A stretch of DNA of 64,000 bases. Origin: Candidatus Bathyarchaeota archaeon (GTDB taxonomy: Archaea; Thermoproteota; Bathyarchaeia; 40CM-2-53-6). The position numbers and the translations under genes were made by a program. This document shows positions 48,364-58,481 of this stretch, piece after piece. Each line of letters opens with the position of its first letter. Position 1 is the stretch's first letter. Below the pieces are notes generated by a model, which ran no database searches, had not been told where the DNA came from, and was given only the letters and a program-made list of their open reading frames with translations. The DNA is taken from contig CAVTBR010000003.1 in assembly GCA_963733055.1 (NCBI GenBank), forward strand, positions 352,001-416,000, written 5' to 3'.

Positions 48364-49800
48364 CTACGTGGGCTTCTGGCCGTCGGTTTCGTATCTTATT
48401 GGGTCTTTGAGTCCGTTAATTTCGAATGCCTTGCGCCTCATGTAACAGGGCCCGCACTTTCCGCAGTGCGCTTCTCCACCCTCATAGCAGCTCCATGTGA
48501 GTTGGAGGGGTGCACCTATGTCAATCCCGAGTTTGACGACTTCATGTTTCATCAAATTACCCACAGGCATTTGGAGTGTAACTTTTTTCTGAAGATTTGT
48601 CGCATAGGGTAGAACCTCTCGCAGCTTATTTACGAACATCATTTCGTTATCGGGGTAGGCTCCCGCTTCCTCTAGGTTGTTTCCGAGAGCGATCGTTCCG
48701 AATCCGTGGGCTTCTGCCACACCAGTTGCTATTGCAATGAAGATGAGGTTTCTGGCGGGCACCCATTCATGCGCGAATTCCGCACCGATTTCTCCTTGTT
48801 TCCCAGTTTCAATTTCATCAAACGTTTCCGTTAGGCGAGAATGACCTATCGCCTTCTTGAACAGATCAGTATCGACAATGATTAGTTCAGTTCCCAGGAA
48901 TTTGGCGATGCGTTTGACGCTTTCCTCCTCTCGCTTCGCTGCGCGTTGTCCATACTTGATGTGTAGCAATGCAACATCGTAACCGTCATCGATCATGACC
49001 TTGGCTGCTGTCGTGCTATCCAGTCCGGCACTGCAGATCACGAGAGCCCTCCGTGCACTCTCATCGTTCTTCCAAAGGGAAAGTCGCTCCTCATTCTTGG
49101 TGGTGTCGACTGTGAGTAGAGAATACGGTTCCATCTGCCTAACGACTTTCGAATCCCAGATGGGCTTCTCGGCCTGCCCGAGGTATGATTCCAGCGACGT
49201 GAAGAACAAGACGTCAAATTCGTCATCGTATTCAAGGAAGATAGGTTTGTAGTTGCAGGCCAAGAATATCTTGGAGGGTTGTCCCGCGTCGACGATCGCC
49301 AAGGCATAGCTGCCTAAAAGTTCGTCTCGGAGAATCTTTTGTAACCCGACCGCCGTCTTATCCCAGGTCTTCTCGAGCAGAGGTGGGATGATTGCGCTGT
49401 CGATTTTAGTTCGTCGAATGAGACCGTATTTTCTTTCGAGGTCATAATCGTTTGCGATTATGCCATTGTGCGTAACGTAGATCGTTGACCCGAAAGGTTG
49501 GATGTCTTCACTCCGTTTCTTGGGGACATACTCAGTGGTGGGTTCGGCTCGGTCATTATTCAAGACGATTAGCGTTTCGGGGTAGATGAAGCGACCATGA
49601 CTATTGAGCGACGCGGTTGGCCGTCCAATATCTTTGATTTGATCTAACTTTCCATTTCTTTGGAACGCCACGATTCCATAAGAATCCCGTCCACGATCCT
49701 CACCCCGAAGGATAAGAGAACGGACTTTGGCTTCAATCGCTGCCAACTCCGCTTCCGAACGAAGCCTTTCGAAGATTACACACCCCGCAATACTACACAT
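48364..49800 (-). CDS. queC: GAT-QueC: class II glutamine amidotransferase fused to 7-cyano-7-deazaguanine synthase
   Basis: N-terminal Cys (MCSIAG), RGRDSYG, RAEPTTE, HNGII; QueC SAGLDS, VPARNL, YPD, SCY..CGKCGPC. Confidence 0.93.
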   Translation of the reverse strand: MCSIAGCVIFERLRSEAELAAIEAKVRSLILRGEDRGRDSYGIVAFQRNGKLDQIKDIGRPTASLNSHGRFIYPETLIVLNNDRAEPTTEYVPKKRSEDIQPFGSTIYVTHNGIIANDYDLERKYGLIRRTKIDSAIIPPLLEKTWDKTAVGLQKILRDELLGSYALAIVDAGQPSKIFLACNYKPIFLEYDDEFDVLFFTSLESYLGQAEKPIWDSKVVRQMEPYSLLTVDTTKNEERLSLWKNDESARRALVICSAGLDSTTAAKVMIDDGYDVALLHIKYGQRAAKREEESVKRIAKFLGTELIIVDTDLFKKAIGHSRLTETFDEIETGKQGEIGAEFAHEWVPARNLIFIAIATGVAEAHGFGTIALGNNLEEAGAYPDNEMMFVNKLREVLPYATNLQKKVTLQMPVGNLMKHEVVKLGIDIGAPLQLTWSCYEGGEAHCGKCGPCYMRRKAFEINGLKDPIRYETDGQKPT

Positions 49801-50521
49801 TCATGTCGCTCCCGATCAGATTGGGCATTGCCTTCTTGAGCCCGGAGAGTACGAGGATCGCTCCACCGGTTGCTACGCTCCGTTCGAAGAACATGAAAGG
49901 CGTAATCACGGCCCAAACTGGTCCATGAAGGCTGAGAAGGGTGATGCTCGCGATAGTCATTGTGGCGAGTTCACACATGCTAGCGTAGAGGCATAGCAGA
50001 GGAAACCTCCACCTTGTAACAACCAGGACGAGTGGCAACGTTACGGCGACGAGAATGTAGGGCGCAAGCCATGCTAAGGTGCCACCCGAGAAGACAGCGT
50101 AAAAGGCGGCCCCAAATAGTACGTAAGCCCACGCCACAAATTTTCCGAGCCGGGTATGGACGGCGAGACTTCCGAGGAAGATTCCTGCAACAGGTATGAC
50201 GATGCTTACGGGACCGTAAACGGGGGCGGTAGCAAGTTGAAGCGCGTAGACAACGAAAGTTCCAACTAGCCCTGCAAGCAACGCCGCCTTTGGTTTCAGC
50301 ATCACTGCCATAACTGGCACGAACACCTCTCCCAAAGTGACGAAGCCAGCACCGCCGATGAACGAACTGATAGGAACCGCCGAGGCAAGCACGAAGATCG
50401 CGGACAGGACGGCTATTTGAGAGAGTTCGCGGGTTTCGATGCTTGAGCGTAACTTGTTCTGTGCCATTACCTCCCTACTCCGGGGTTTCTTTGGCGCAAT
50501 CGGGTGGGAGGCCCCACTCAC
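49793..50521 (-). CDS. ECF-transporter S-component-like membrane protein
   Basis: IAVLSAI...P...IGG...TLG...PVMAVML.P pattern, 6-7 TM; overlaps the queC start. Confidence 0.65.
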   Translation of the reverse strand: MSGASHPIAPKKPRSREVMAQNKLRSSIETRELSQIAVLSAIFVLASAVPISSFIGGAGFVTLGEVFVPVMAVMLKPKAALLAGLVGTFVVYALQLATAPVYGPVSIVIPVAGIFLGSLAVHTRLGKFVAWAYVLFGAAFYAVFSGGTLAWLAPYILVAVTLPLVLVVTRWRFPLLCLYASMCELATMTIASITLLSLHGPVWAVITPFMFFERSVATGGAILVLSGLKKAMPNLIGSDMNV

Positions 50522-50649
50522 GCGCCTAATTCCAAATCAAATTCGGTTTGACAATTAAGCCTTCCTAGACCGTGCGTCACGGCGACTAGGGACGAATACT
50601 GAGACAACAGGATATCGGGGTTAAATTCGAATTTAGAAGTAGAGGGTTA

Positions 50650-50670
50650 GGAGCGGTCAGTTTCCGCTCC
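50650..50670 (-). terminator. Hairpin GGAGCGG-N7-CCGCTCC downstream of the small membrane protein gene
   Basis: Perfect 7-bp GC-rich stem 12 bp after the stop. Confidence 0.4.
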
Positions 50671-50682
50671 CTTATGGATTTC

Positions 50683-50841
50683 TTACGCTAGGTCAACTGT
50701 CCTAGCTCTCTTAGCCAGCTTCTTACTCGCTACTGCGATGCGCTGCCGTGTTCTCGGGTTCCCGAGTACTCCGGCGACTACAGCGCCTATTGCGAATGAA
50801 GCAAGCGCTACAGCAAAGCTTCGCTTTGAATCTCCGTTCAA
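50683..50841 (-). CDS. 52-aa single-TM protein (YtxH-like) MNGDSKRSFAVALASFAIGAVVAGVLGNPRTRQRI...
   Basis: Manual translation; SD GAGGAGG; FxIGAxxAxxL..P..R..I pattern. Confidence 0.7.
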   Translation of the reverse strand: MNGDSKRSFAVALASFAIGAVVAGVLGNPRTRQRIAVASKKLAKRARTVDLA

Positions 50842-51086
50842 AATGCAACCTCCTCTCAAGTTTTGTTATACCTACACCACGGAGGTATATTAACGTACCA
50901 TAAATGAAACATTAATATACCATCAAAAGTGTAGGGACGGTCCATGGCAGTCAGCGTCGTTGGACACGAGGATAACACGCACCCAATGATGCCACACCCC
51001 CAAGCCAAACCCGTGGCGTCACCATCAAACGTGCTCCGCCCTCGTGTCCAACGTTCGACTGCCGAAATCAACGAGGTGAAGACTTC

Positions 51087-51248
51087 TTGGTGAAATGTCT
51101 CAAGTGCGGTGGCGAAGTAATTGGCCCGGCGAAAGAATGGGATATGCATCCAAAGGACGGACGCGGCCCCGCCCTACACATCAAACACTTCTCCTGCCCC
51201 TCGTGCGGAAAGAAATTCCGACAGGCGACAAAACTGGCAGGATCTTAA
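51087..51248 (+). CDS. Cren7-like small chromatin protein (zinc-ribbon variant)
   Basis: Manual translation MVKCLKCGGEVIGPAKEWDMHPKDGRGPALHIKHFSCPSCGKKFRQATKLAGS; SD GAGGTGA; P.K.W...PK.....I..F.[C/D]P..GK.FR pattern. Confidence 0.75.
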   Translation: MVKCLKCGGEVIGPAKEWDMHPKDGRGPALHIKHFSCPSCGKKFRQATKLAGS

Positions 51249-51307
51249 TCCAATCAGATCTTCGGCGGACCCGTTTTTGGGTCCCATCTTTTCCTCCGTC
51301 ATCCCGA

Positions 51308-52282
51308 TTAAACCGGCGGAATCTGCAGCCGCTTCTTATCCCGATGAAGCTCCGTCCATTTGACGAACTCAGGCGATGGAGCCTCTTCCTCATACAACGT
51401 CTCTCGTTGCGACTCCAAAAGCATGGGTGGGTTCTTCAGATAATCAGCCGCCGTCATGACCTCGTGCCCTGCACTTGAAGCGGAATCGTATACCGCTTTT
51501 GATTGCTCTCTCCATTTTTCGGACCGTAGTATGTGATGCTCAAAGATTACGATCGGTATCTTGCTTGCAAGTGTCGCGGCATTCTCCATACCTATGCGAA
51601 TCGAGGCCTGATCCACCCTAATGCCCTCAAGATACGTGGGCGGACCGCCCAATACCAGGCAGTCTGGTTTCATCTTTAGTATCATCCTCGTCGTTTCCTT
51701 CGACATTGGTCCTTGGACATCAGATGCGTGCAGAAATGTTTCTTCTCCCGTTCTGACGCAAGTCATGAGGACCCATCCCAATTCTGAACTCTCTTCTCCA
51801 TGCGGGACAGGCTGAGAGAACGTGATCTTGGTTGCTCCAAAGTCGAACGATTTACCGTCTGCTATCTCACACCTGCTGCCAATTCGTTTCACGAAGCGTT
51901 GGAACATCCAGCCTCGTCTCCGCTGGTTGAAGTTAATCGCGTTCCTAACATCCTTTGCAAGAACAGTCTTCTCTCGATAGATCTGTTCCGCTTCCTCCGC
52001 GCTTGACCCCAGCCAGACGTTTTCTGTATAGTTGGGTGTGTGGTGGTCGTTATGATAATGTGAAATTACAATCACATCCGCCTTCGCCGCGTAACTGCGA
52101 ATCCTTGCCCGGCACTCATTTCTAGCAACGTACTCTCTTGGATGAGGTAACCTCCTAAGACGAGGCCCCAACGCCACGCCCGCATCAATCAGTAGCTTCA
52201 CGTCGGGGGTCTCGACGAATGTGCACATTGATCTGACGCCTAGGCTTTCGAAGCCTACTGGCGTAACATGAATGACCGGCAT
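51308..52282 (-). CDS. MBL-fold metallohydrolase (UPF0282-like)
   Basis: ESLGVRSM, ISHYHNDHH, PVPHG, HASDVQGP, GGPP, EHHILR. Confidence 0.9.
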   Translation of the reverse strand: MPVIHVTPVGFESLGVRSMCTFVETPDVKLLIDAGVALGPRLRRLPHPREYVARNECRARIRSYAAKADVIVISHYHNDHHTPNYTENVWLGSSAEEAEQIYREKTVLAKDVRNAINFNQRRRGWMFQRFVKRIGSRCEIADGKSFDFGATKITFSQPVPHGEESSELGWVLMTCVRTGEETFLHASDVQGPMSKETTRMILKMKPDCLVLGGPPTYLEGIRVDQASIRIGMENAATLASKIPIVIFEHHILRSEKWREQSKAVYDSASSAGHEVMTAADYLKNPPMLLESQRETLYEEEAPSPEFVKWTELHRDKKRLQIPPV

Positions 52283-52490
52283 CTTCTCCGCACTTTCAAT
52301 TTCTGAGGTATGGCGAAGAAGTGAGGTATGGTGGAAATAAGGTTGCGACTTAGATATGCAAATTAGCTTGGGAGAGGAAATGTTCGGGGCGGGCGATGAC
52401 GAGTCTGGCCCAATTGATCTTGATGTGAGATAGATCTTGAGTGCGCGAGCCCGCAGTTAATGATTAGAATTCGCTCTGCGCAGAAGAAAT

Positions 52491-53348
52491 TTATTGAGAA
52501 ATGGCGGCTAGGGCTGTGATTCCCACCAAAATCGCAACGATACCTACTCTTTGGGGCCAGCCGACTCTTTCCTTCAAAAAGAGGTGGGCGAGAATTACGG
52601 TCAATACGGGCGATGAGTTGGCTATTGGGGTCACTATGGCGACTAACCCGAAGCGAAGCCCCAGATACCAGGCGAAGAAAGACGTAACATCAAGCAGACC
52701 TAGGAGTCCAATATTGCGATAACTTGGTGACGACTTAGTGCTATGCGTTTCTCCAACGGTCAACAATATCATGAACATGAAACTCAGCATGAAGAAGCGC
52801 GTTAAGGTGAAGCTCATCAGGAAGTGGTCGCCACTGGCAATCAATTTCTGGAGTATTGCATTACCTCCAGCCAGCAGGGCGGCAAGTAAGGCCAGAATGA
52901 TGCCCAATTTGTTTGATGGATTAGTTGATCTCTCGAAGGCAACGAGCAGAATCCCTGCGAATACGCACACTATCAGTGAAAGCTGGAGAATGGAAAGGCT
53001 CTCTCTTAGGATGGAAATTGATAGTATAACCGCGACGACATTTAGACATGCAAAAATTGGCGCAACTAGGCTTGCCTTCTCAATACTCAAGGCGACATAG
53101 TAACTGCAGAGGGCGATTGCGGAAAGTATTCCGGATATTAGAGTTAGGAAAAGGATTGAATTACTTGGGACTCCGAAGTCGAAATATAACGCTACACCTA
53201 GAAAGAGGAGAGTGCCTATCCCCTGGGATATCAACGCAGTCCTAATCGCAGGCGCTTTGGATAGAATGATTTTTGTGAAGAAGTCGGCTACGCCGAACCC
53301 CATCATCGATGAAACGGCTAACGCGATGGAAAAGACCGTTGAATTCAT
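52491..53348 (-). CDS. EamA/DMT family transporter
   Basis: 10 TM with an internal repeat; ASLVAPI, AIVTPI, LKER. Confidence 0.9.
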   Translation of the reverse strand: MNSTVFSIALAVSSMMGFGVADFFTKIILSKAPAIRTALISQGIGTLLFLGVALYFDFGVPSNSILFLTLISGILSAIALCSYYVALSIEKASLVAPIFACLNVVAVILSISILRESLSILQLSLIVCVFAGILLVAFERSTNPSNKLGIILALLAALLAGGNAILQKLIASGDHFLMSFTLTRFFMLSFMFMILLTVGETHSTKSSPSYRNIGLLGLLDVTSFFAWYLGLRFGLVAIVTPIANSSPVLTVILAHLFLKERVGWPQRVGIVAILVGITALAAISQ

Positions 53349-53593
53349 CTTACCCCCAAAGCCTGGTTACACCGGAACCGAGTGATTTGAGCAGCTCGCT
53401 CGTACGGGGCACCGATTGTGTTCTCAGGTTAGAACTTTTTTGCGGATCTTAACGTGGGATAGACCTTGAATGTGTGAGCCGGAATTGGTTAATCAAAGAT
53501 TTAGGCACGAGGCATTAGTGGATCAACACGGACGCTGCGACAATCCGTTTCGAGCGGGTATCGCAATGCCCCTACGTCGTACTAATTAGACTT

Positions 53594-54349
53594 TCAATAA
53601 CCTAGAAGTAGCCCAAGGATGCTGACATACTCGACAGTGTCTTGAGGAACGCAATTCTGGCATGGGACAGTGTTTGTGACTGGGTTGACGACGGAATTGG
53701 TTACGGTGTTTGTCAACGTGGTCGTTCCCGTAACGGTGATCGTTGCACCTTTCGTCAAGTCCTCTGAGACGACATGCCGGTAGGTGTCTTGTGTACCGTC
53801 TAGATGGGTTAGCGTTAGCGTGATCAATCCACTTGCTTCGTTTGTTGATTCCACCTTGATGACTTGGTCGCTGGGGTCGATTGTGGCTGACCCGGTATAC
53901 TGACTGTTGTAATTTGGCCAGTATGTGTAGTTACAGTAGTAGTTGCCGTATTGATCATAATAGCAATTGTAGTAGTCCTGTTGGTAATAGTAGTAGTATT
54001 GGTCTGACACCCAGCTGATGCTTCCCTTATACACTTGCAGTTGGGTTGGAGTGTTAGTTGTGATTGTCTGAAATGTTGTCCCGAACGACGTGGTTTGAGT
54101 AACCACCTGGGTCGTTCCTGAAACATATATCGTTCTATGTCTTGGAATCACGGGAACAACAAGGATGATTATGATGAGCACCCCGACGATTATCAACGCG
54201 GGAACGCCTCCGACGGTACGTGACATTGGCGATTTCTGAACTGCTTGTTGCTGCGGTAATCCTGCCACCGACTTTCCGCATTTCGGACAAAACTCGTTGC
54301 CCGGCGCTAGCGGAGCTCCACAGTGCACGCAAAACGTCTCTTTAGACAA
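53594..54349 (-). CDS. Zinc-ribbon membrane protein with Tyr-rich extracellular segment
   Basis: FCVHCG...FCPKCG, TM, Thr-rich, QYYYYYQQDYYNCYYDQYGNYYC. Confidence 0.82.
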   Translation of the reverse strand: MSKETFCVHCGAPLAPGNEFCPKCGKSVAGLPQQQAVQKSPMSRTVGGVPALIIVGVLIIIILVVPVIPRHRTIYVSGTTQVVTQTTSFGTTFQTITTNTPTQLQVYKGSISWVSDQYYYYYQQDYYNCYYDQYGNYYCNYTYWPNYNSQYTGSATIDPSDQVIKVESTNEASGLITLTLTHLDGTQDTYRHVVSEDLTKGATITVTGTTTLTNTVTNSVVNPVTNTVPCQNCVPQDTVEYVSILGLLLGY

Positions 54350-54437
54350 TTCTCTCGTTGCAGAATCTCAGTGATTAGATAATAGTCTTTTGATTCCTGG
54401 CAGCATGCTTCCGGGCTCGTATCTATTTCCGATGAAA

Positions 54438-54917
54438 TTACATCGGGCGGGCTAGGTGGACATTGCGCGTTTGCTTGAACCCCAACTTACGGTAATAGCT
54501 CATTGCTTTCGTGTTTGTTGGACTAACCTCAAGCTGCAAGAGACGTGCCTTGTGTTTGAACGTCTCTGAGATATGGTTGAAGAAGCTAGTTGCGACGCCC
54601 CGTTGTCTAAAGTCAGGCATGACATACAACTCATCGATATGCAACACATCACCACCGTACTCGTTGCTCCAGTAGAAAATCAAAATCGCATAGCCAATTA
54701 TCTCTCCAGCTTCTTCGAAGACTATGACCTGGCCTCTGTTCGGACTCTGGTCCAGTTCGTTCAATGTAGCTGAAATCTTCTCCCCTGTAATGGATTGACC
54801 CACCCAATCCTCCTTGTAGAGTGCATACATCATTTTTCTAAGGGCCGCGTTGTCTGAGTGTCTTGCCGATCTGAAGGTAATCTCAACCTTATCCTCCCCA
54901 GTTGCAGCAGGGCTCAT
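54438..54917 (-). CDS. GNAT family N-acetyltransferase
   Basis: IDELYV...RQRGVA, LEVSPTN..AMSYYRKLGF; start uncertain (ORF open from 54995). Confidence 0.9.
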   Translation of the reverse strand: MSPAATGEDKVEITFRSARHSDNAALRKMMYALYKEDWVGQSITGEKISATLNELDQSPNRGQVIVFEEAGEIIGYAILIFYWSNEYGGDVLHIDELYVMPDFRQRGVATSFFNHISETFKHKARLLQLEVSPTNTKAMSYYRKLGFKQTRNVHLARPM

Positions 54918-55017
54918 GATAGGCTCCACTTGAGTCGATACTGAATCACTCGATATGAACCTATGAAGGTTGACACTCAAAGGTGAAGGTTTCATATCCT
55001 GCCTCAGCTAAGCATTC

Positions 55018-57519
55018 TTGGTCTCCTCAAGAATGACCGAAGTCGTTGCCGCCGCTATTACTGGCCTGACTCAGCAAGAAGCAGAGAAGCGTCTGAAGAC
55101 GTACGGCCCTAATGTTGTAGTCGGTGGAAAGAAACGATCCCGGGTTTCGATGTTTCTGTCTTTCTTCAAGAGCCCTTTAGTAATCATACTTGTGTTCGCG
55201 GGCGGTATCTCTGCTTTTCTCGGAGATATTGTCAACGCCTCAATAATCTACTTCGTCGTCGGTATGAGCGTGGTCCTTGGTTTTTATCAGGAGTCTAAAG
55301 CTGAGAACGCTGCGGCCGCCCTGAGGGCAAGAATCAGTACAACTGCCACAGTGAACAGGGACGGAAACAAGGTCGAGCTTCCCGTTTCCGATATTGTTCC
55401 AGGCGACTTAGTGTATTTGTCACCTGGCGACATGGTCCCAGCCGACGGCACAGTTCTCACAGTCAAGGATCTCTTCGTCGATCAATCTGCGCTGACTGGA
55501 GAATCATTCCCTGCTGAAAAAGACGCGACCCCAGACAACAAAAAGAAACAAGACCTCGACCGTACCGACTTGGCGTTCATGGGCACGTCAGTTGTCAGCG
55601 GAACCGCAACAATGAGGATTACCAAAACAGGCAGCATAACAGCTTACGGGGGAATCGCGAAGGAACTGATGGGTAAAGAGCCTGAGACCGAGTTTGATAG
55701 AGGCCTTAGGAAGTTCGGCTACCTCATAATGCAAGTTACGCTCCTCCTCGTAGTCTTCGTTTTCTTCATCAACGCTCTGTTCAAGCGCGACATTCTAACA
55801 TCTTTACTCTTCTCCGTCGCCCTGGCCGTTGGCCTTACGCCTGAACTGCTTCCGATGATCGTTACGATAAACCTCTCCAAGGGCGCCATGAAGATGGCTG
55901 CGAAAGGCGTGATAGTTAAGAAACTATCGGCCATACAAAACTTCGGAAGCTTGGACACCCTCTGCACAGACAAAACTGGGACTCTAACCCAGAACGTCAT
56001 AGACTTAACCTCACACCTCAATGTCAACGGGAAAGAAGACGACAACATTCTGCTGATGGCACAGCTCAACAGCAGACTTCAGGCGGGAGTGCGCACGCCC
56101 TTAGACGACGCAATACTCAAGCACCAACCATTGGACCTAACAAAATATGCACGGGTTGACGAAATACCGTTCGACTTTGTCCGGCGAAGAGTTTCCGTAA
56201 TCGTAAGCGACGGAAGCAAGACGCTCTTGATCTCCAAGGGCGCCACCCTGGAAATGCTAAACACATGCAGCCTGTACCAAGACGAGAGCCAACAACTTCC
56301 GCTGATCGACGACATCAAGAACAAGATACGCGGCCAATACGAAGATATGAGTAAGCAAGGAAGACGGATACTCGCTGTAGCGACTAAACAAGTCGAAAAG
56401 ACTTCATCCTACACGGTGAAAGACGAAACGGGTATGGTCTTTGTTGGCCTGTTGACTTTCACCGATCCACCAAAGCAAACGGCAACGACCTCGCTGCAGA
56501 TGTTGAAAGAATCTGGGATAACTCTGAAGATTTTGACGGGCGATAATGAGTTTGTGGCACGCCACCTCTGCGAGACGCTCAACATTACAATTAGTGGAAT
56601 AGTAACAGGAGACGAGCTTAGGAAGACCAGCGATTCCGCGCTAGAGAGAATCGTCGAGGCGACGAACATTTTTGCTCGCGTGACACCCGATCAGAAGAAC
56701 CGCATCATGATAGCCCTTCACAAGAACGGACATGTGGTTGGTTTCATGGGAGACGGAATAAACGACGCCCCAAGCATAAGAACCGCCGATGTGGGCATAT
56801 CAGTCGATAACGCAGTAGACGTAGCCAAATCTGCAGCTGACATCATTCTTCTGCAAAATGACTTGACTGTCCTAGCCCAGGGAGTTCAGGAAGGGAGAAG
56901 GACTATGGGGAACTCGATGAAATACATCATGATGGGCACGAGCTCTAACTTCGGTAACATGTTCAGTGCTGCCGGAGCGAGTCTATTCCTACCATTCCTT
57001 CCGATGTTACCGTCTCAGATTCTGCTTAACAACCTACTTTACGATATTTCTGAATTAGCGATTCCAACGGACAACGTCGACGCCGAATATCTGAAGGCAC
57101 CGCGTCGATGGGACATGCATTTTGTGAGGCAGTTCATGGCCTTTTTCGGACCGGTGAGCTCGATATTCGACTACCTGACATTCGGGGTCATGCTATTCGT
57201 ATTCGCCGCCCCTCCAGCACTCTTCCAAACAGCATGGTTCCTCGAATCCATCAGTACCCAGTCACTCATTATTTTCGTCATCAGAACCCGGCGCGTCCCA
57301 TTCTACAAAAGCCACCCAAGCAAAGCGTTGATCTTCAGTACCCTGGCTACAGTGATCGTCCCGATGCTACTACCATTCACCCCAATAGGCCGATTACTCG
57401 GCCTTGTAATCCCCCCACCCACTTTCTATCTGGTGTTGGCAGTATTCATAATCACGTACCTCGCACTAGCTGAAACACTGAAACACTTCTTCTACCGAAG
57501 AATCAGCCCCGAATCCTAG
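55018..57519 (+). CDS. mgtA: Magnesium-translocating P-type ATPase
   Basis: TGES, AVGLTPELLP, DKTGTLT, IPFDFVRR, TGDN, GDGIND, SSNFGNM, LFQTAWFLES. Confidence 0.95.
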   Translation: MVSSRMTEVVAAAITGLTQQEAEKRLKTYGPNVVVGGKKRSRVSMFLSFFKSPLVIILVFAGGISAFLGDIVNASIIYFVVGMSVVLGFYQESKAENAAAALRARISTTATVNRDGNKVELPVSDIVPGDLVYLSPGDMVPADGTVLTVKDLFVDQSALTGESFPAEKDATPDNKKKQDLDRTDLAFMGTSVVSGTATMRITKTGSITAYGGIAKELMGKEPETEFDRGLRKFGYLIMQVTLLLVVFVFFINALFKRDILTSLLFSVALAVGLTPELLPMIVTINLSKGAMKMAAKGVIVKKLSAIQNFGSLDTLCTDKTGTLTQNVIDLTSHLNVNGKEDDNILLMAQLNSRLQAGVRTPLDDAILKHQPLDLTKYARVDEIPFDFVRRRVSVIVSDGSKTLLISKGATLEMLNTCSLYQDESQQLPLIDDIKNKIRGQYEDMSKQGRRILAVATKQVEKTSSYTVKDETGMVFVGLLTFTDPPKQTATTSLQMLKESGITLKILTGDNEFVARHLCETLNITISGIVTGDELRKTSDSALERIVEATNIFARVTPDQKNRIMIALHKNGHVVGFMGDGINDAPSIRTADVGISVDNAVDVAKSAADIILLQNDLTVLAQGVQEGRRTMGNSMKYIMMGTSSNFGNMFSAAGASLFLPFLPMLPSQILLNNLLYDISELAIPTDNVDAEYLKAPRRWDMHFVRQFMAFFGPVSSIFDYLTFGVMLFVFAAPPALFQTAWFLESISTQSLIIFVIRTRRVPFYKSHPSKALIFSTLATVIVPMLLPFTPIGRLLGLVIPPPTFYLVLAVFIITYLALAETLKHFFYRRISPES

Positions 57520-57685
57520 CAAAGACGAATCATAACCGACGGTGATGACTCGAATGAAACAAGCAGACATTGACAGAGCACGCTGCCCAAGTCACGGGAA
57601 TTGTCAAATCACTTTGGACTATACGATCACCATACGATCCCTGCCTCGTTCGCATGAATCGTAATCATTCTACGCCTGGATCTAC

Positions 57686-58445
57686 ATGAATACCTCAGCA
57701 GACGATACCACAAGGAGGGCCGAAACGGAGACTCCGACGGTTGTCTCAAACATCGGAGGGAAATCAATCAAAGTTAGGGATGCCCTCGTCGCTCTTCTTA
57801 CTTTTGGTGTAGGTTCGGTGGACAGCGCTTAGTTTTCTTACGCTGGGAGGAGTCTTCGCATCGTTCATGTCCGGGAATACAGTTACCCTTGGGCTTAGAA
57901 TGGGCCAAGGGAACTTCCCACTGGCGCTCAACTCCCTAACCGCGATTTTGGGGTACATAGGAGGCGTCGCTCTGGGTGCTAATATCGCGTATACAATCGG
58001 AGGTCCCCGAGATATCTGGCCTTGGCCAGTTACGAAGCTTTTCGCTGCAGAGTTTCTGTTACTCTTAGTTTTCGCTACCGTGGGTTTTGTCTCCGGCAAT
58101 CCCGGTGCTAATGTTGTTTATGTTCTAATCTTGTTGGCATCGGTGCCGATGGGAATGCAGAGCGTGGGAGTTTATCGACTGGGTGTCTCAGGCATTTCCA
58201 CTACTTATGTTACTGGAACGTGGACGAGCTTCATAATTGGCTTGGTAACTCTCCGTCGCTCACCAGCGTCCCGAACAGTTAAGCAAGAGGAAAGAACGGG
58301 ACTTCAGGCTATCACCTTGCTTATCTATGGTTTGGGGGCGGCCACAGGAGGGCTAGCGGGGACATATTTCTTGCTGAGGGCCGCCATTATCCCAGTCGTT
58401 GCGATCGGTCTTGTAGTCATCGTCGCGAGTACTCGAATGCGCTGA
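57686..58445 (+). CDS. YoaK/DUF1275 family membrane protein, +1 frameshift at 57824
   Basis: Removing A57824 gives LTFGVGSVDALSFLTLGGVFASFMSGNT; also MGMQ, STTYVTGT; in-frame ATG at 57686. Confidence 0.85.
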
Positions 58446-58481
58446 TCACGAATAGATGACGAGGATCAGGCGATTCTTTTG

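Noticed and set aside
47844-49800. QatABCD or Dpd DNA-modification defence system
   Set aside because: QueC is a canonical GAT-QueC fusion; no QatA ATPase, TatD, DpdA or helicases nearby
52393-52442. C/D-box sRNA (ATGACGA...TTGA...TTGA)
   Set aside because: Boxes are degenerate, no CTGA D box, and only about 8 nt of possible rRNA complementarity
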